Source: Bacteroidota bacterium (GTDB taxonomy: Bacteria > Bacteroidota > Bacteroidia > Sphingobacteriales > Sphingobacteriaceae). Taken from it: DNA of 64,000 nucleotides. The notes beneath the pieces are model-generated. The model was not told the origin of the DNA, ran no database searches, and saw only the letters and a program-made list of their open reading frames with translations. A program made the position numbers and the translations under genes. Shown one piece after another: positions 1-9,236 of this stretch (within the stretch, counting starts at the first letter, position 1; every line of letters starts with the position of its first letter). The stretch is from assembly GCA_026224775.1 (NCBI GenBank), contig JAMFRP010000030.1:10013-74012 (forward strand), in the 5' to 3' direction.

Positions 1-54
1 AAAGCTGACTTCGGAAGCTTTTTGCCTGGACCGTGGCCGACTTCGGAGGTCGTG

Positions 55-157
55 GCAAGATTCGTTTGTATGACAAATGTACATCTTGCTAAACGCAGGC
101 GCGTTTTATTTTCGGCGGAGCCGCAAGATTCAATTGTGCCACAATTGTACATCTTGC
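55..157. repeat. Two 35-bp imperfect palindromic direct repeats (candidate oriT/relaxosome sites)
   Basis: GCAAGATTCGTTTGTATGACAAATGTACATCTTGC (55-89) and GCAAGATTCAATTGTGCCACAATTGTACATCTTGC (123-157); each has GCAAGAT/ATCTTGC arms and an inner TTGT/ACAA pair. The repeat is seen directly; the oriT role is inference. Confidence 0.6.
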
Positions 158-344
158 TGACTGCTGCGAAGCGGGCGGACTTATCCTGCTATCAGTGTTT
201 ATTTTCGGCATTTTTTTTTGTTTCATCCGATTTCGCCATATGGCTCAGATCATTTCACGAGGTTGAGTATTGCTGTTTTTTTAGTACCGTTTGAGTTTTT
301 AAAATGATCTTTTCCCCGATTTAAAAAACGGTCATCAAACCATC

Positions 345-570
345 ATTGCTAGCATTATAGCTTGCTATCCATATGACTTTTTTGATCCCGGCAAACGAAC
401 TTGCTATGATTATAGCATGATAGTTTTATAGCGTTCAATAACTATCAACTTAGGAATCTATCAAGATAGGTTGATAGCATCCTACTAAAATAACTTGCTA
501 TTAAATTATATCAAGCTAACAACCTATCAGCTTAGCTAATTATCATGCTATGATGATAGCTTGATAGCAA
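345..570. repeat. Low-complexity array of GATAG/CTATC and TAGCA/TGCTA units
   Basis: About ten GATAG/CTATC copies plus many TAGCA/TGCTA copies in both orientations, in a stretch with no ORF-track ORF before 561. Confidence 0.6.
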
Positions 571-603
571 CCTGCGCCGCTGATCTTGTCATCTCAACAA
601 ACC

Positions 604-705
604 CGCCCCGTGCTTTGCACCAACAATCAAATCAGTCTGCAAACACGGGGCGTTCTCCGGGGACGGCATCGCCGTCCCCCCGGGCGATTTTAAAATCCGC
701 CCGGG
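604..705. other. Three stacked GC-rich inverted repeats (terminator of ORF 748-1122 or ssDNA structure)
   Basis: CGCCCCGTG..CACGGGGCG (604-652), GGGGACGGC-ATC-GCCGTCCCC (659-679), CCCGGGCG-ATTTTAAAATC-CGCCCGGG (679-705). Confidence 0.6.
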
Positions 706-747
706 AGTCGGTTACCCGTAATTACAATATTCTTTCCATTCCGATAA

Positions 748-1122
748 TCAACCAAAAAACAGGTCCACTGCCGGTTTAAATTTCGGGTCAGTATGTTTGC
801 CAAGCGTGGTGTACTGTACCAAAGCATGCGCGGTAAACATGGCCATAAATCCGCCGAATAACTGGTCGGCAAATACGGCTGAACTTTTGTACAGGTCTTT
901 AGGGTATTTCGTCATTACCCGCTGCACTTCTGCCGCCAGTTCAAACCATAGCCCTGCGTCAAACATTTGATCTTTCCATTCAGCGGCGATCCGTTCCTTG
1001 TCATTCAAAACCGTTTCGGTAAATTCATTCAGATACCCTAAAAATCCCGGTATCTCGTTGGTCAGTAAGCTGTGCAAAAGCCTTGCTTTCTGCACGTTGT
1101 TCAATAGCTTTAATGGTTGCAT
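748..1122 (-). CDS. Hypothetical protein (124 aa), mobile-element associated
   Basis: Clean ORF with A-rich start context and globular helical composition; no recognisable motif. Confidence 0.65.
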   Translation of the reverse strand: MQPLKLLNNVQKARLLHSLLTNEIPGFLGYLNEFTETVLNDKERIAAEWKDQMFDAGLWFELAAEVQRVMTKYPKDLYKSSAVFADQLFGGFMAMFTAHALVQYTTLGKHTDPKFKPAVDLFFG

Positions 1123-1191
1123 GTCCTTAATTCTTTAATGTTGCTAAATAATAATCTGCTTTCCTTTTCACCTGTGCGACCCTCCCGGATA

Positions 1192-1366
1192 GCTATTTTT
1201 CAAAGAAAAAACGGTAAAAAAGAAAGTCAAAGGAGCGGTCGTAAGGCGGAGCGGGAGAACTATAAGTCCCCAAGGGTGGCCGCAGCGCAGCGGAGGACAT
1301 TATGCGTTCGTACGCGAGGACTGACCGAGATTGACGCCGCTTTTGTCCGTTTTCTTTGGAAATAGC
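1192..1366 (-). promoter_or_regulatory. Long nested stem-loop upstream of ORF 748-1122 (candidate ssDNA promoter)
   Basis: CAAAGAAAAAACGG (1201-1214) pairs with CCGTTTTCTTTG (1347-1358); AAAGGAGCGGTC (1229-1240) pairs with GACGCCGCTTTT (1333-1344); inner GTCC/GGAC and CCGC/GCGG stems. Confidence 0.4.
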
Positions 1367-1596
1367 GTTAGTGTCTAATTATAGCAGTCCCTATAAGTAT
1401 CAGACAAATACGGGGCATCCGTTTTTGTCCAAAACCAGAGGCTTTTGCAGCGCAGCAAAATGCCGGAGTCATGGTAGGGAACGCAACGGCATCCTGCCTG
1501 CAAGGCAGATATAGCGAAGTGCCCGGGCCGGAGGCACCGCCATTAACATCATAATACCCTAACTATAATCTACTGGAACCTGTTACCCAAGTGTTA

Positions 1597-3069
1597 TTAA
1601 GCTGATGTTTCCATTACCTGACCATATATCCCTTCGGCCGTAATAAACAGCTTGGCTACTTTGTCGCCTAAGGCTTTTACCATTTCCTGACCGGGATTAA
1701 AATCGTCCCTGTACCTTGCGGCTGAATAGGCATTTTGCAAAAGTTCAAACAGCCGTACGTCATCAACGCCCATATCAAACACATTTCTCAGATCATCTGT
1801 AAACATCAAGCTGATCCTTAACATTCTGTCCAGGTTATGAATAGCCAACCGGTAACCCAGATTGATACGAATTAGAGCACTTAAAGTACTTTCCACAGAC
1901 TGATGCATTAAAAATAAGGACAGGTTGTAGTTGCCCTCGTCATAACAATTTAAAGCTGTATCTAAGAAGTCCTTTCCCTGCCTGCCCCAACGTTTCCAGA
2001 TTGCTTCGTTTTGTGTCCGGATATTTTCATGATTAACAGGTTGCAATTCCGGCAAAATCAGATCAGCACATTGGTAGGCTACTGTACACTTAGTTAAGGC
2101 ATTATAAAAAAAGCGGCTGCCTTCATTGATGCCCCTGATCAAAGCATCCGACTTATGCACGATGGCGCAAACATTTATCAGGGGTTTACAGATGGTTTCA
2201 ATCCTATAGATAAGGTCATGTTCAAATGCCTTATCTTTCTCGTCGGTAATTATTAATAAATAATAAGCCTCCGGGTTTGGGTGTGTGCCCAGATGCACAA
2301 TTAGTTGTACGAAAGGAAGGCTGTCCAGTATGGTTTTAACCAACTCATTTAAGCCCAATCTTTCCGCTGTGGTCAGGGTATCATTGAAAGCACAATTCGA
2401 ATGAGCCAATGACAGTTTAGCAGATTGCGGGTGAGCAACCTCCACGACAGACTCTTCCACGTCATACGTTTTTATTATAGGCGGTTCAATTTCCCGCTGC
2501 CTGATGATCCAGGCCGCCTCATATAGTTTTTGCAAGTTTTCATAAACGTAAATGATGTCGCAGGCTTCTAGCGTCTCGTCCGGGGGACTGGCTGATAAAG
2601 CGGTTTCCAGCCACTCATTCAGGAATTCACGATATTGTTCTACCGTATAAGCTTTAAAGAATTGCTTAACCGCAAGGTATGGATTGATCAATTCTTCTTC
2701 TGAAAGGTGTGCCGGGTAATCCATCCACTGTGACTGTTCTAATTGTAATTGGGGGTTAAAATTCAGATGAATTTTATTTAAGCTTTGCTTAGCCGTTTTT
2801 GACAGGCTCAATACATACATGGCCTCGATCAACCGCAAGTTTAATTTATGCGCGAATAATAAGCTGACCGGACCGTTGTTCTTATCCTTAAAGTAAGTTT
2901 CTTCTATTACATATTTACGCCACCGCTGCAAATTCTCCAAGTGCCCCGGCAGCCAGTCCACAGAAAAGAAATCCTTTATTACCCATAGCGGATCGTTAAT
3001 TTCCTGTTCATTAATATACCGGGGATAAAAATCTGATGAACTTAATTGATAGATTTTCATTGGGATCAT
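1597..3069 (-). CDS. HEPN-domain protein with degenerate nucleotidyltransferase-like domain and duplicated N-terminal module
   Basis: C-terminal FLMHQSVE...GYRLAIHNL...AYSAARY is HEPN-like; likely start is ATG 3069 or 3060 rather than 3099. Confidence 0.8.
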   Translation of the reverse strand: MIPMKIYQLSSSDFYPRYINEQEINDPLWVIKDFFSVDWLPGHLENLQRWRKYVIEETYFKDKNNGPVSLLFAHKLNLRLIEAMYVLSLSKTAKQSLNKIHLNFNPQLQLEQSQWMDYPAHLSEEELINPYLAVKQFFKAYTVEQYREFLNEWLETALSASPPDETLEACDIIYVYENLQKLYEAAWIIRQREIEPPIIKTYDVEESVVEVAHPQSAKLSLAHSNCAFNDTLTTAERLGLNELVKTILDSLPFVQLIVHLGTHPNPEAYYLLIITDEKDKAFEHDLIYRIETICKPLINVCAIVHKSDALIRGINEGSRFFYNALTKCTVAYQCADLILPELQPVNHENIRTQNEAIWKRWGRQGKDFLDTALNCYDEGNYNLSLFLMHQSVESTLSALIRINLGYRLAIHNLDRMLRISLMFTDDLRNVFDMGVDDVRLFELLQNAYSAARYRDDFNPGQEMVKALGDKVAKLFITAEGIYGQVMETSA

Positions 3070-3186
3070 GTTAACCCGGCCCGCATTGACCGGCAACACA
3101 AAAGAATAGCAGGTCAGCGGCGTAGCGAACCATATCGAATTGTATTTTACAAATCATCGGTTGTTTTGTACATTTACCGTAAATAA

Positions 3187-3194
3187 TACTTTTG
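3187..3194 (+). promoter_or_regulatory. Bacteroidota housekeeping-sigma -7 box
   Basis: TACTTTTG matches TAnnTTTG just upstream of ATG 3199, with TTTG about 20 nt further upstream. Confidence 0.45.
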
Positions 3195-3198
3195 AATT

Positions 3199-3597
3199 AT
3201 GGCAGAACCAACTTTACATATCGGTAGAAAGATTAGCAAGATTCGCGAATTAAGAGGTATGAAACAGGAGTCTTTAGCTGCAGAACTCGGTATAAGTCAA
3301 CAAGCCATTTCAAAAATTGAGCAAAGCGTCGATGTTGAGGACGTGGCCCTAAATAAAATTGCTACTGCGTTAGGGATTACTTCCGAAGCGATAAGGAACT
3401 TCACAGAAGAGTCAATTTTCAATTACTTTAACACATTTAATGATAATAGTGGCGCTGGTGCTTGGAGTACGAATGGCACTTTTAACTTTAACCCAATTGA
3501 CAAACTGGTAGAAGTTTTTGAAGAAAACAAAAAATTGTATGAGCAGCTATTAGCAAGTGAACGCGAAAAAATAGAAATTTTAAGGAATAGTAAATAA
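3199..3597 (+). CDS. XRE-family HTH transcriptional regulator
   Basis: IRELRGMKQESLAAELGISQQAISKIE is an HTH_3 motif; C-terminal NPIDKLVE..YEQLL coiled coil typical of Bacteroidota XRE proteins. Confidence 0.92.
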   Translation: MAEPTLHIGRKISKIRELRGMKQESLAAELGISQQAISKIEQSVDVEDVALNKIATALGITSEAIRNFTEESIFNYFNTFNDNSGAGAWSTNGTFNFNPIDKLVEVFEENKKLYEQLLASEREKIEILRNSK

Positions 3598-3600
3598 ATT

Positions 3601-3840
3601 CTATTTGAAAGGATAAGGCGGGCCGCTTTTTTTGTCCTGTTCTTTTGATCCACCTTCAAACATTTGATGCAGTCGTTTTTCAATTTGATCAACCGATATT
3701 TCTATATGAACTCCTAAACTTTTGTCTTCCAACGATCTGAACCAGGTTTCCAGTTCATTTCTCTCAGCTTCGTTAAGTAAATCCATCCGCCACCTTTGAG
3801 CAAGGTCAAGAATTCGGATTTTATAATTTTCAAGTTGCAT
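3601..3840 (-). CDS. Small protein resembling the N-terminal (anti-sigma) segment of FecR
   Basis: LAQRWRMDLLNEAERNELETWFRSLED resembles Bacteroidota FecR N-termini; no TM or periplasmic domain follows. Confidence 0.4.
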   Translation of the reverse strand: MQLENYKIRILDLAQRWRMDLLNEAERNELETWFRSLEDKSLGVHIEISVDQIEKRLHQMFEGGSKEQDKKSGPPYPFK

Positions 3841-3990
3841 TTTCAGTATTATAATTTATTGGTATGCCTGAAGGTAAAAATCTTTTAGATCAGTTGTAAA
3901 AACATTACACTTTCAGCCCGGATATTTCGGCAGCCTTAACCGTCTGCCGCCGCTGTGGGGAATAATGATGTAGCAACCTTATAAACAGTC

Positions 3991-4410
3991 TTATTTTTTT
4001 TCACCCACTGCCAGTTGCAGTAGTTCCATGATTTTATCAAGCTTTTCGATCTCGATTGTATTAAGCTTCTTCAATAATTGTTCAATCTCTTTTTTTGCTT
4101 CTACATTTGTTTCAAAATCCTGTTCCGCATGATAACGGTCGCGCTCACTTTGGCGATTTTGCGCCATCATGATGATTGGAGCTGCATAAGCAGCTTGCGT
4201 AGAAAATACCAAGTTCAATAAAATAAAAGGGTAAACGTCCCAGTGATCGATAAAACCAATCACATTAGCGATCATCCAAACCAAAACAATTACTGTTTGT
4301 ATAATGATGAACCGCCAAGACCCCATACCGGTTGCTACCGAATCTGCCAGCCTTTCGCCGAATTTGGATCCTGATTTGTGTTTCTCGTGCCATGTACTTG
4401 TGTGTTTCAT
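3991..4410 (-). CDS. DUF1003 family membrane protein
   Basis: GERLAD..GMGSWRFIIIQ..DVYPFILLNLVFSTQAAYAAPIIMMAQNRQ..RDR signature; likely start ATG 4410. Confidence 0.9.
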   Translation of the reverse strand: MKHTSTWHEKHKSGSKFGERLADSVATGMGSWRFIIIQTVIVLVWMIANVIGFIDHWDVYPFILLNLVFSTQAAYAAPIIMMAQNRQSERDRYHAEQDFETNVEAKKEIEQLLKKLNTIEIEKLDKIMELLQLAVGEKK

Positions 4411-4654
4411 TGGGGTATATCTTAGTTGAATAAGTAATTTCATCTGGTCAGAATCATTTAACATCCAGGCATTTGACCTTATAATATTTTAAATCTTCAC
4501 AATATTCAACCGCTAAATCAACTCATTTTTCGTCCAATCGAAAACAAAAGGGCTATTTCCATACCCGATGCAGAACTGATAAATAATTTAGCCTTTAAGT
4601 TTTTACTTAACCCGGTAATTAAGTAGTGATCTTCTATAAGTTAATAAGGGCAAG

Positions 4655-5134
4655 CTAGGGCATTACAGAAGGCCGCTGGTTGAATATATACGTTATTCGT
4701 TTCTCCTGTTGCAGTGTATCTGGAGCCGAGTCAAGGTTTTTCCCTGTATACTTTTTATAAGAGACCAGGACGTTTTTTGCAGCGATCGCAGATTTAATTA
4801 TTTCTACAGATTGAAGATCACCCGGTACATCCGCACCAAAATAGTTACCATCCGCCTGTTGCTTCCAGGTCACTAAGGCAAGAACCTCCCCTGCCCGGTG
4901 ACTTTTATCGCCATCCAATGCGTTGGACAGCGCAAATGGATTGGCATACAGCGTTGACATTGTGCCTGATTTCTTATTAATATAGGACGACATCACCTTT
5001 AATCCCAGGGTATCAAACTTGAAAGTTTCCGGCAATTTAGCCTGCTCATTGAACAGCTCAATATTTTTACTTCCGCTTTGGCAAGAGGACAAGATGAATA
5101 TGCCGCCAAATAATATATAAATAATATTTCTCAT
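4655..5134 (-). CDS. Cytochrome P460-like lipoprotein lacking the haem-binding motif
   Basis: Lipobox ILSSC; GEVLALVTWKQ parallels GTVFAKVAWDE of the adjacent P460; no CxxCH; likely start ATG 5134. Confidence 0.65.
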   Translation of the reverse strand: MRNIIYILFGGIFILSSCQSGSKNIELFNEQAKLPETFKFDTLGLKVMSSYINKKSGTMSTLYANPFALSNALDGDKSHRAGEVLALVTWKQQADGNYFGADVPGDLQSVEIIKSAIAAKNVLVSYKKYTGKNLDSAPDTLQQEKRITYIFNQRPSVMP

Positions 5135-5141
5135 GATAGCT

Positions 5142-6080
5142 TTAGTGTTTAATTGGCTGTGTGAAAACGAAGTCCTCATTTTTCTGTGGACGGTGGCAGT
5201 TGATGCATTCAGTTGTAAATAGGGCATTTTTGCCGTATGGAATCATTTTGGGCGTCTTGAAACGCGCGTAGCCCCAGCCTTCTGTCGCGGCATACTTCTC
5301 TTTGTCTTTGATCATGAATTCAACCTGTTTAAAGGCACCGGTTTTGACATTTCCATCCTTATCCTCCACCTCGTCCCAGGCTACTTTTGCGAATACGGTT
5401 CCATCCGGCCATGGTTGAATATGGTGGGTCCGCACCGCAGCCGCAGCGATATTGTTGCCAAATATCACCCGCATTGTTCCATTATCGAACCTGGCGCTAG
5501 TGCTGATCGCCTGCCAGTTCTTATAATCAGGCATGTATCTTACACCATTAGGAGCAATAGGTACTTGTTTAATTAAGAACTGTTCTTTTCGCCATTGTGA
5601 ATATTGCCGGTCAGCGGCATTTATTTTTGCCGTGTCATCCGGCAAAGCTACCGCTGCCATACTGTTGACATAAGCTTTTAGCGTGGACAATTCATCTCTT
5701 GTAATTTTTGCGTTTTGATGAACCTCGGTGTAACTGCCAAGCGGCATAGCGCCAGCTGAGATCTGATAGACAATTTCCCATAGTTTACTTTTTTGGTCGG
5801 CAGGGGCCATTTTTTGCCAATCTGAAAAATTAAGGCTTTCCCGACCATGTTTAATATCAGCCGCTACCTGCCAATAGACTGGTACGATCTGGTCATACCA
5901 GCGAAGACTGGTTGCATTAGAGTGGCAGTCATAGCAGGCCCGTATCATAATCGCTTTCACATTGGGTGGTGCCTGAAAATCCGCACTAGCCGGTGAATTC
6001 ACGATTTTAGGCCTGAAAAATTGCATGAACAAAAAGCAGATCAGCAAGAAACTTAAGGTTAGAATAATTATTTTTTTCAT
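5142..6080 (-). CDS. Haem-binding domain plus cytochrome P460 fusion (two c-type haem motifs)
   Basis: N-terminal signal/TM; CYDCH with LNFSDW..MPL (Haem_bd); PDYKNW..WPDGTVFAK..QVEFMIKD..GWGY..CINCH (P460). Confidence 0.88.
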   Translation of the reverse strand: MKKIIILTLSFLLICFLFMQFFRPKIVNSPASADFQAPPNVKAIMIRACYDCHSNATSLRWYDQIVPVYWQVAADIKHGRESLNFSDWQKMAPADQKSKLWEIVYQISAGAMPLGSYTEVHQNAKITRDELSTLKAYVNSMAAVALPDDTAKINAADRQYSQWRKEQFLIKQVPIAPNGVRYMPDYKNWQAISTSARFDNGTMRVIFGNNIAAAAVRTHHIQPWPDGTVFAKVAWDEVEDKDGNVKTGAFKQVEFMIKDKEKYAATEGWGYARFKTPKMIPYGKNALFTTECINCHRPQKNEDFVFTQPIKH

Positions 6081-6109
6081 GTAAGTGACTATAAATGTAT
6101 TAACAGCTT

Positions 6110-6124
6110 ACGATTATCATTCCA
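6110..6124 (-). promoter_or_regulatory. Weak sigma54-like -24/-12 for the P460 operon
   Basis: TGGAATGATAATCGT; perfect IHF-like TATCAATTAATTA at 6142-6154, the same offset as in the stronger modules; only a degenerate palindrome near 6185. Confidence 0.35.
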
Positions 6125-6356
6125 ATATAATTGATGTTGAATATCAATTAATTATAATAACATATATGTAGATACTTTGCGACATTTAACCAATTGTGCC
6201 AGATCTCGCTTCCCGAAAAGATCCGTAGAGAATTATTTATCCGCTCCTAATCCATTTTCGAATCGCTAAACTACCTAAAGGCTATGCAGGCCCCCCTTTT
6301 TAATGACCAAGGTGAAGTCTCTGATTTGGCCGGCCGTGGAGTGCATCAGATCGTTG

Positions 6357-8315
6357 CTACATATTGAAAAACGATTCTCTTTTAATCCCTAACTTCTTTA
6401 TCTTGGAATTTAATGTGCTTGGTGGCAAACCAAGAATCTCGGCAGCACCGCCGGAACCACAGACCTTTCCATTACAATTTTTCAAAACACCGATGATATG
6501 CTCGGCCTCCATTTTTTCCAGTGTCATCAGCTGAAAAGGTCTGTTCATGTTATTACTTTCATCTTTTACCGTTCCGGCAAGATGAATTTCGTTAATGATA
6601 TCTCCGGTCGTCAGTACGAGACTCCTTTCCACAACATGGCCCAGTTCCCTGATGTTCCCAGGCCAGCCGTAGCTTTCTAATTGCTTTTGTGCGTTCGTGC
6701 TGAAACCTTTTACATCTTTGCCCATTTCCTTATTATAAACAGCTAAAAAATGCGCGGCGAGTAATGGTATATCGGCCTTACGATCCCGTAAAGAAGGCAA
6801 TTCTATCGGGAAAACATTAAGCCGGTAATATAAGTCGAGCCTGAAGCGCCCCTCGGCAACTTCTTTTTCCAATTTCCGGTTGGTTGCCGCAATAATTCGA
6901 ACATCAACTTTTACAGTGCGGGAGCCTCCAACGGATTCAATTTCACGCTCCTGTAAAACCCGAAGCAACTTGACTTGAGCGTCAAGGGGTAATTCCCCGA
7001 TCTCATCTAAAAATATAGTGCCGCCTTGTGCCAACTCGAACTTTCCAATCCGCTTTTCGGAAGCGCCTGTAAAGGCCCCTCTTTCGTGACCAAACAACTC
7101 TGATTCCACCAGTTCCCGCGGTATTGCGGCACAATTAACTGTGATGATCGGCTTATTCTTCCTCGCGGAAAGATTATGGATAGACTGCGCCACGCGTTCT
7201 TTGCCAGTCCCACTTTCACCAAGTATTAACACCGATACATTCGACCTAGCAACCAAACCAACATTATCCAGCACGCGTAATAAAACAGGGCTGTTTCCAA
7301 TTATCCCTTCAAATCCAGCCTGCGACAAATTTACTTCGGGGATTCTATTTATTGAACTGTCCGCTTTTCTAGCTGCCAGCCTCTTTTCCGGCGCATTTTT
7401 TACTTCATTTTGAAGTTGTCCGATCAATGCCTTTATGGGGATCGCCGATTTAGCTAATAAATTCAGATGAGATTGGGAATAATTCTCTGCTTTTCGGCTG
7501 TAAAATGTTAGCGTAGCAGTTTCTCCATTTTCCATTTTGATGGCATATAACACTTTTGATTCCAGGCGTAAATGGTCACTCAGCCGTTTTTCCCTGTAAT
7601 CGTCCAGTAAAAGTCGATGAAAATCCTTTCCATTGTAATATTCACTTTTTGAGCTGTCCGATAGTTTAGGCCTGAATTTATTTTGCTCCTGGGCAGTCAG
7701 ACCCATAATATTGGCAAGTCCAATATAATCGGTAATTTGGTATTCATCAAAACCTGTCCTTAGGAAACTCCATTCATCGATTTCGTCATTTTTTAAACAG
7801 GTAATCTTCATATAATCGAAAGGAACCAATGCCTGGAACGCCCCCGGAATAAGCTTTATCTTTTGTTCCGTATTGATTGAAGATTCGACAAGCAAGCCTA
7901 CCTGTTTCTGCAACAATAATTCCTTTTGCAAGGTTAACTCTGTCCCCTGCCGGTGTTTTTCCATTGCGATTTCCAACATAATCAGTAGATCTTTCTCTCG
8001 GAAAGGTTTCACCAGGAAGCCATAAGGCTGGGTTGCTTTTGCGGATTCCAATACACTTTGATTAGTATTTGCGGAAATGTAAATAAATCCAATATTTTTT
8101 GCGGTCAAGTAGCCCGATAGTTCTGTCCCCATTGATCCGTCCTGCAAAAAAATATCAAGAAGCACCCACGTCGGCTTTTTGGATTCGATCATTTCTCTTG
8201 CTTCTTTTACAGATGCGGCAATGCCGCAAACGCTATATCCCGCCTTTACCATCGTCAGCCGAAGATCATTTGCAACTATAAATTCATCCTCTACGATTAA
8301 GATATTTTCTTTCAT
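6357..8315 (-). CDS. Sigma54-dependent response regulator (REC + GAF-like + AAA+ + Fis HTH)
   Basis: REC (IVEDE, LLDI, KPF); Walker A GESGTGKE; [15 protein letters not shown]; FLDEIGE; WPGNIREL; C-terminal [22 protein letters not shown]. Confidence 0.95.
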   Translation of the reverse strand: MKENILIVEDEFIVANDLRLTMVKAGYSVCGIAASVKEAREMIESKKPTWVLLDIFLQDGSMGTELSGYLTAKNIGFIYISANTNQSVLESAKATQPYGFLVKPFREKDLLIMLEIAMEKHRQGTELTLQKELLLQKQVGLLVESSINTEQKIKLIPGAFQALVPFDYMKITCLKNDEIDEWSFLRTGFDEYQITDYIGLANIMGLTAQEQNKFRPKLSDSSKSEYYNGKDFHRLLLDDYREKRLSDHLRLESKVLYAIKMENGETATLTFYSRKAENYSQSHLNLLAKSAIPIKALIGQLQNEVKNAPEKRLAARKADSSINRIPEVNLSQAGFEGIIGNSPVLLRVLDNVGLVARSNVSVLILGESGTGKERVAQSIHNLSARKNKPIITVNCAAIPRELVESELFGHERGAFTGASEKRIGKFELAQGGTIFLDEIGELPLDAQVKLLRVLQEREIESVGGSRTVKVDVRIIAATNRKLEKEVAEGRFRLDLYYRLNVFPIELPSLRDRKADIPLLAAHFLAVYNKEMGKDVKGFSTNAQKQLESYGWPGNIRELGHVVERSLVLTTGDIINEIHLAGTVKDESNNMNRPFQLMTLEKMEAEHIIGVLKNCNGKVCGSGGAAEILGLPPSTLNSKIKKLGIKRESFFNM

Positions 8316-8335
8316 TTTTTATTTATTACAATAGT

Positions 8336-9172
8336 TTATACATATTGATTATTTGTAAGTTCGGGTATTTCAAACTCGAGTTCAACTGTTACGCCATTAC
8401 TGTTTTTAAGGGTATAGAACGCTCCGATTTGCTTGGCCAGACCAGCCATAAGATTGGTACCTAATGAATTATCCGCGCCGGCAATAAAATCATTAGGGAG
8501 ACCAACACCGTTATCCGCCATACTTAATTTGTATTTACCATTATCTGCGTTGCCTCCTTTTATAGTGATCGCACCAGCCGGGGCGTTTGGAAATGCATAA
8601 AGCAGTGCATTGCTGATGGTCTCATTGATAATCAGTCCAACCGGCACCGCTACGGCCACATCAAGTACAAGCGGCTCAATACAAATGTCAAACCTAACTT
8701 TATGACTATTGTCATAGGTATCCTGCAAGTATTCCGATAACTCTTTTATATACCAGGCCATGTCAATTTTGGAAAGGCTTTCCGTTTGATATAGTTTTTG
8801 ATGGATCAGGGAAATAGCATACATACGTTGCTGACTGTTTCGGAGAGCCAAAATCGCTTCCCCGTTAGTTAAAAAAGCGGATTGGGTATTTAGCAGGCTA
8901 ATGATAATTTGAAGGTTATTTTTTACACGGTGATGAATTTCTTTAATTAACCACTCCTTTTCTTCATTAGCTTGTTCCAGGGAAAACGACCTATTACCCA
9001 GTTCTTTTTGCAGCTTGCTGATTAGTCGGCCGTCTTTTCGTTTTTGAAATAATATCATAAACAACATCGTCATAAACAGAAGAAGCAGAAAAGCGATATA
9101 TATATAGAAACTCAAAATAGCCTTGCATTGAAATATTTGATTTATGAATATAACCAGTGTTATATTTTTCAT
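8336..9172 (-). CDS. HisKA_2-type histidine kinase with essentially no sensor domain
   Basis: N-terminal hydrophobic segment, then EKEWLIKEIHHRVKNNLQ, GLIINETISNA, ADNGVGLP, SLGTNL. Confidence 0.9.
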   Translation of the reverse strand: MKNITLVIFINQIFQCKAILSFYIYIAFLLLLFMTMLFMILFQKRKDGRLISKLQKELGNRSFSLEQANEEKEWLIKEIHHRVKNNLQIIISLLNTQSAFLTNGEAILALRNSQQRMYAISLIHQKLYQTESLSKIDMAWYIKELSEYLQDTYDNSHKVRFDICIEPLVLDVAVAVPVGLIINETISNALLYAFPNAPAGAITIKGGNADNGKYKLSMADNGVGLPNDFIAGADNSLGTNLMAGLAKQIGAFYTLKNSNGVTVELEFEIPELTNNQYV

Positions 9173-9236
9173 AACAAGTGTAACACAACCTTTTACACTA
9201 CCAATTATTCAATAGCTCAGGATGATGCCCATACTT

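Noticed and set aside
22-294. ORFs 22-294, 561-779, 690-872 and 1117-1365 from the track
   Set aside because: They overlie repeats, hairpins or a better gene on the other strand, with weak starts and no protein motifs.
55-570. Possible CRISPR array or CRISPR-like repeats
   Set aside because: Only two units with one 33-nt gap, no regular repeat-spacer series, and no cas genes.
1-3840. Calling a complete ICE or prophage
   Set aside because: No integrase, relaxase, T4SS, phage structural gene, tRNA or att repeat is visible; only cis-element-like DNA and typical cargo.
4453-4545. Possible regulon module upstream of DUF1003 (TTTCG-N6-CGAAA at 4528-4543, TGG at 4465-4467)
   Set aside because: Spacer is 6 rather than 8 and the -12 position reads TGAT; left unassigned.
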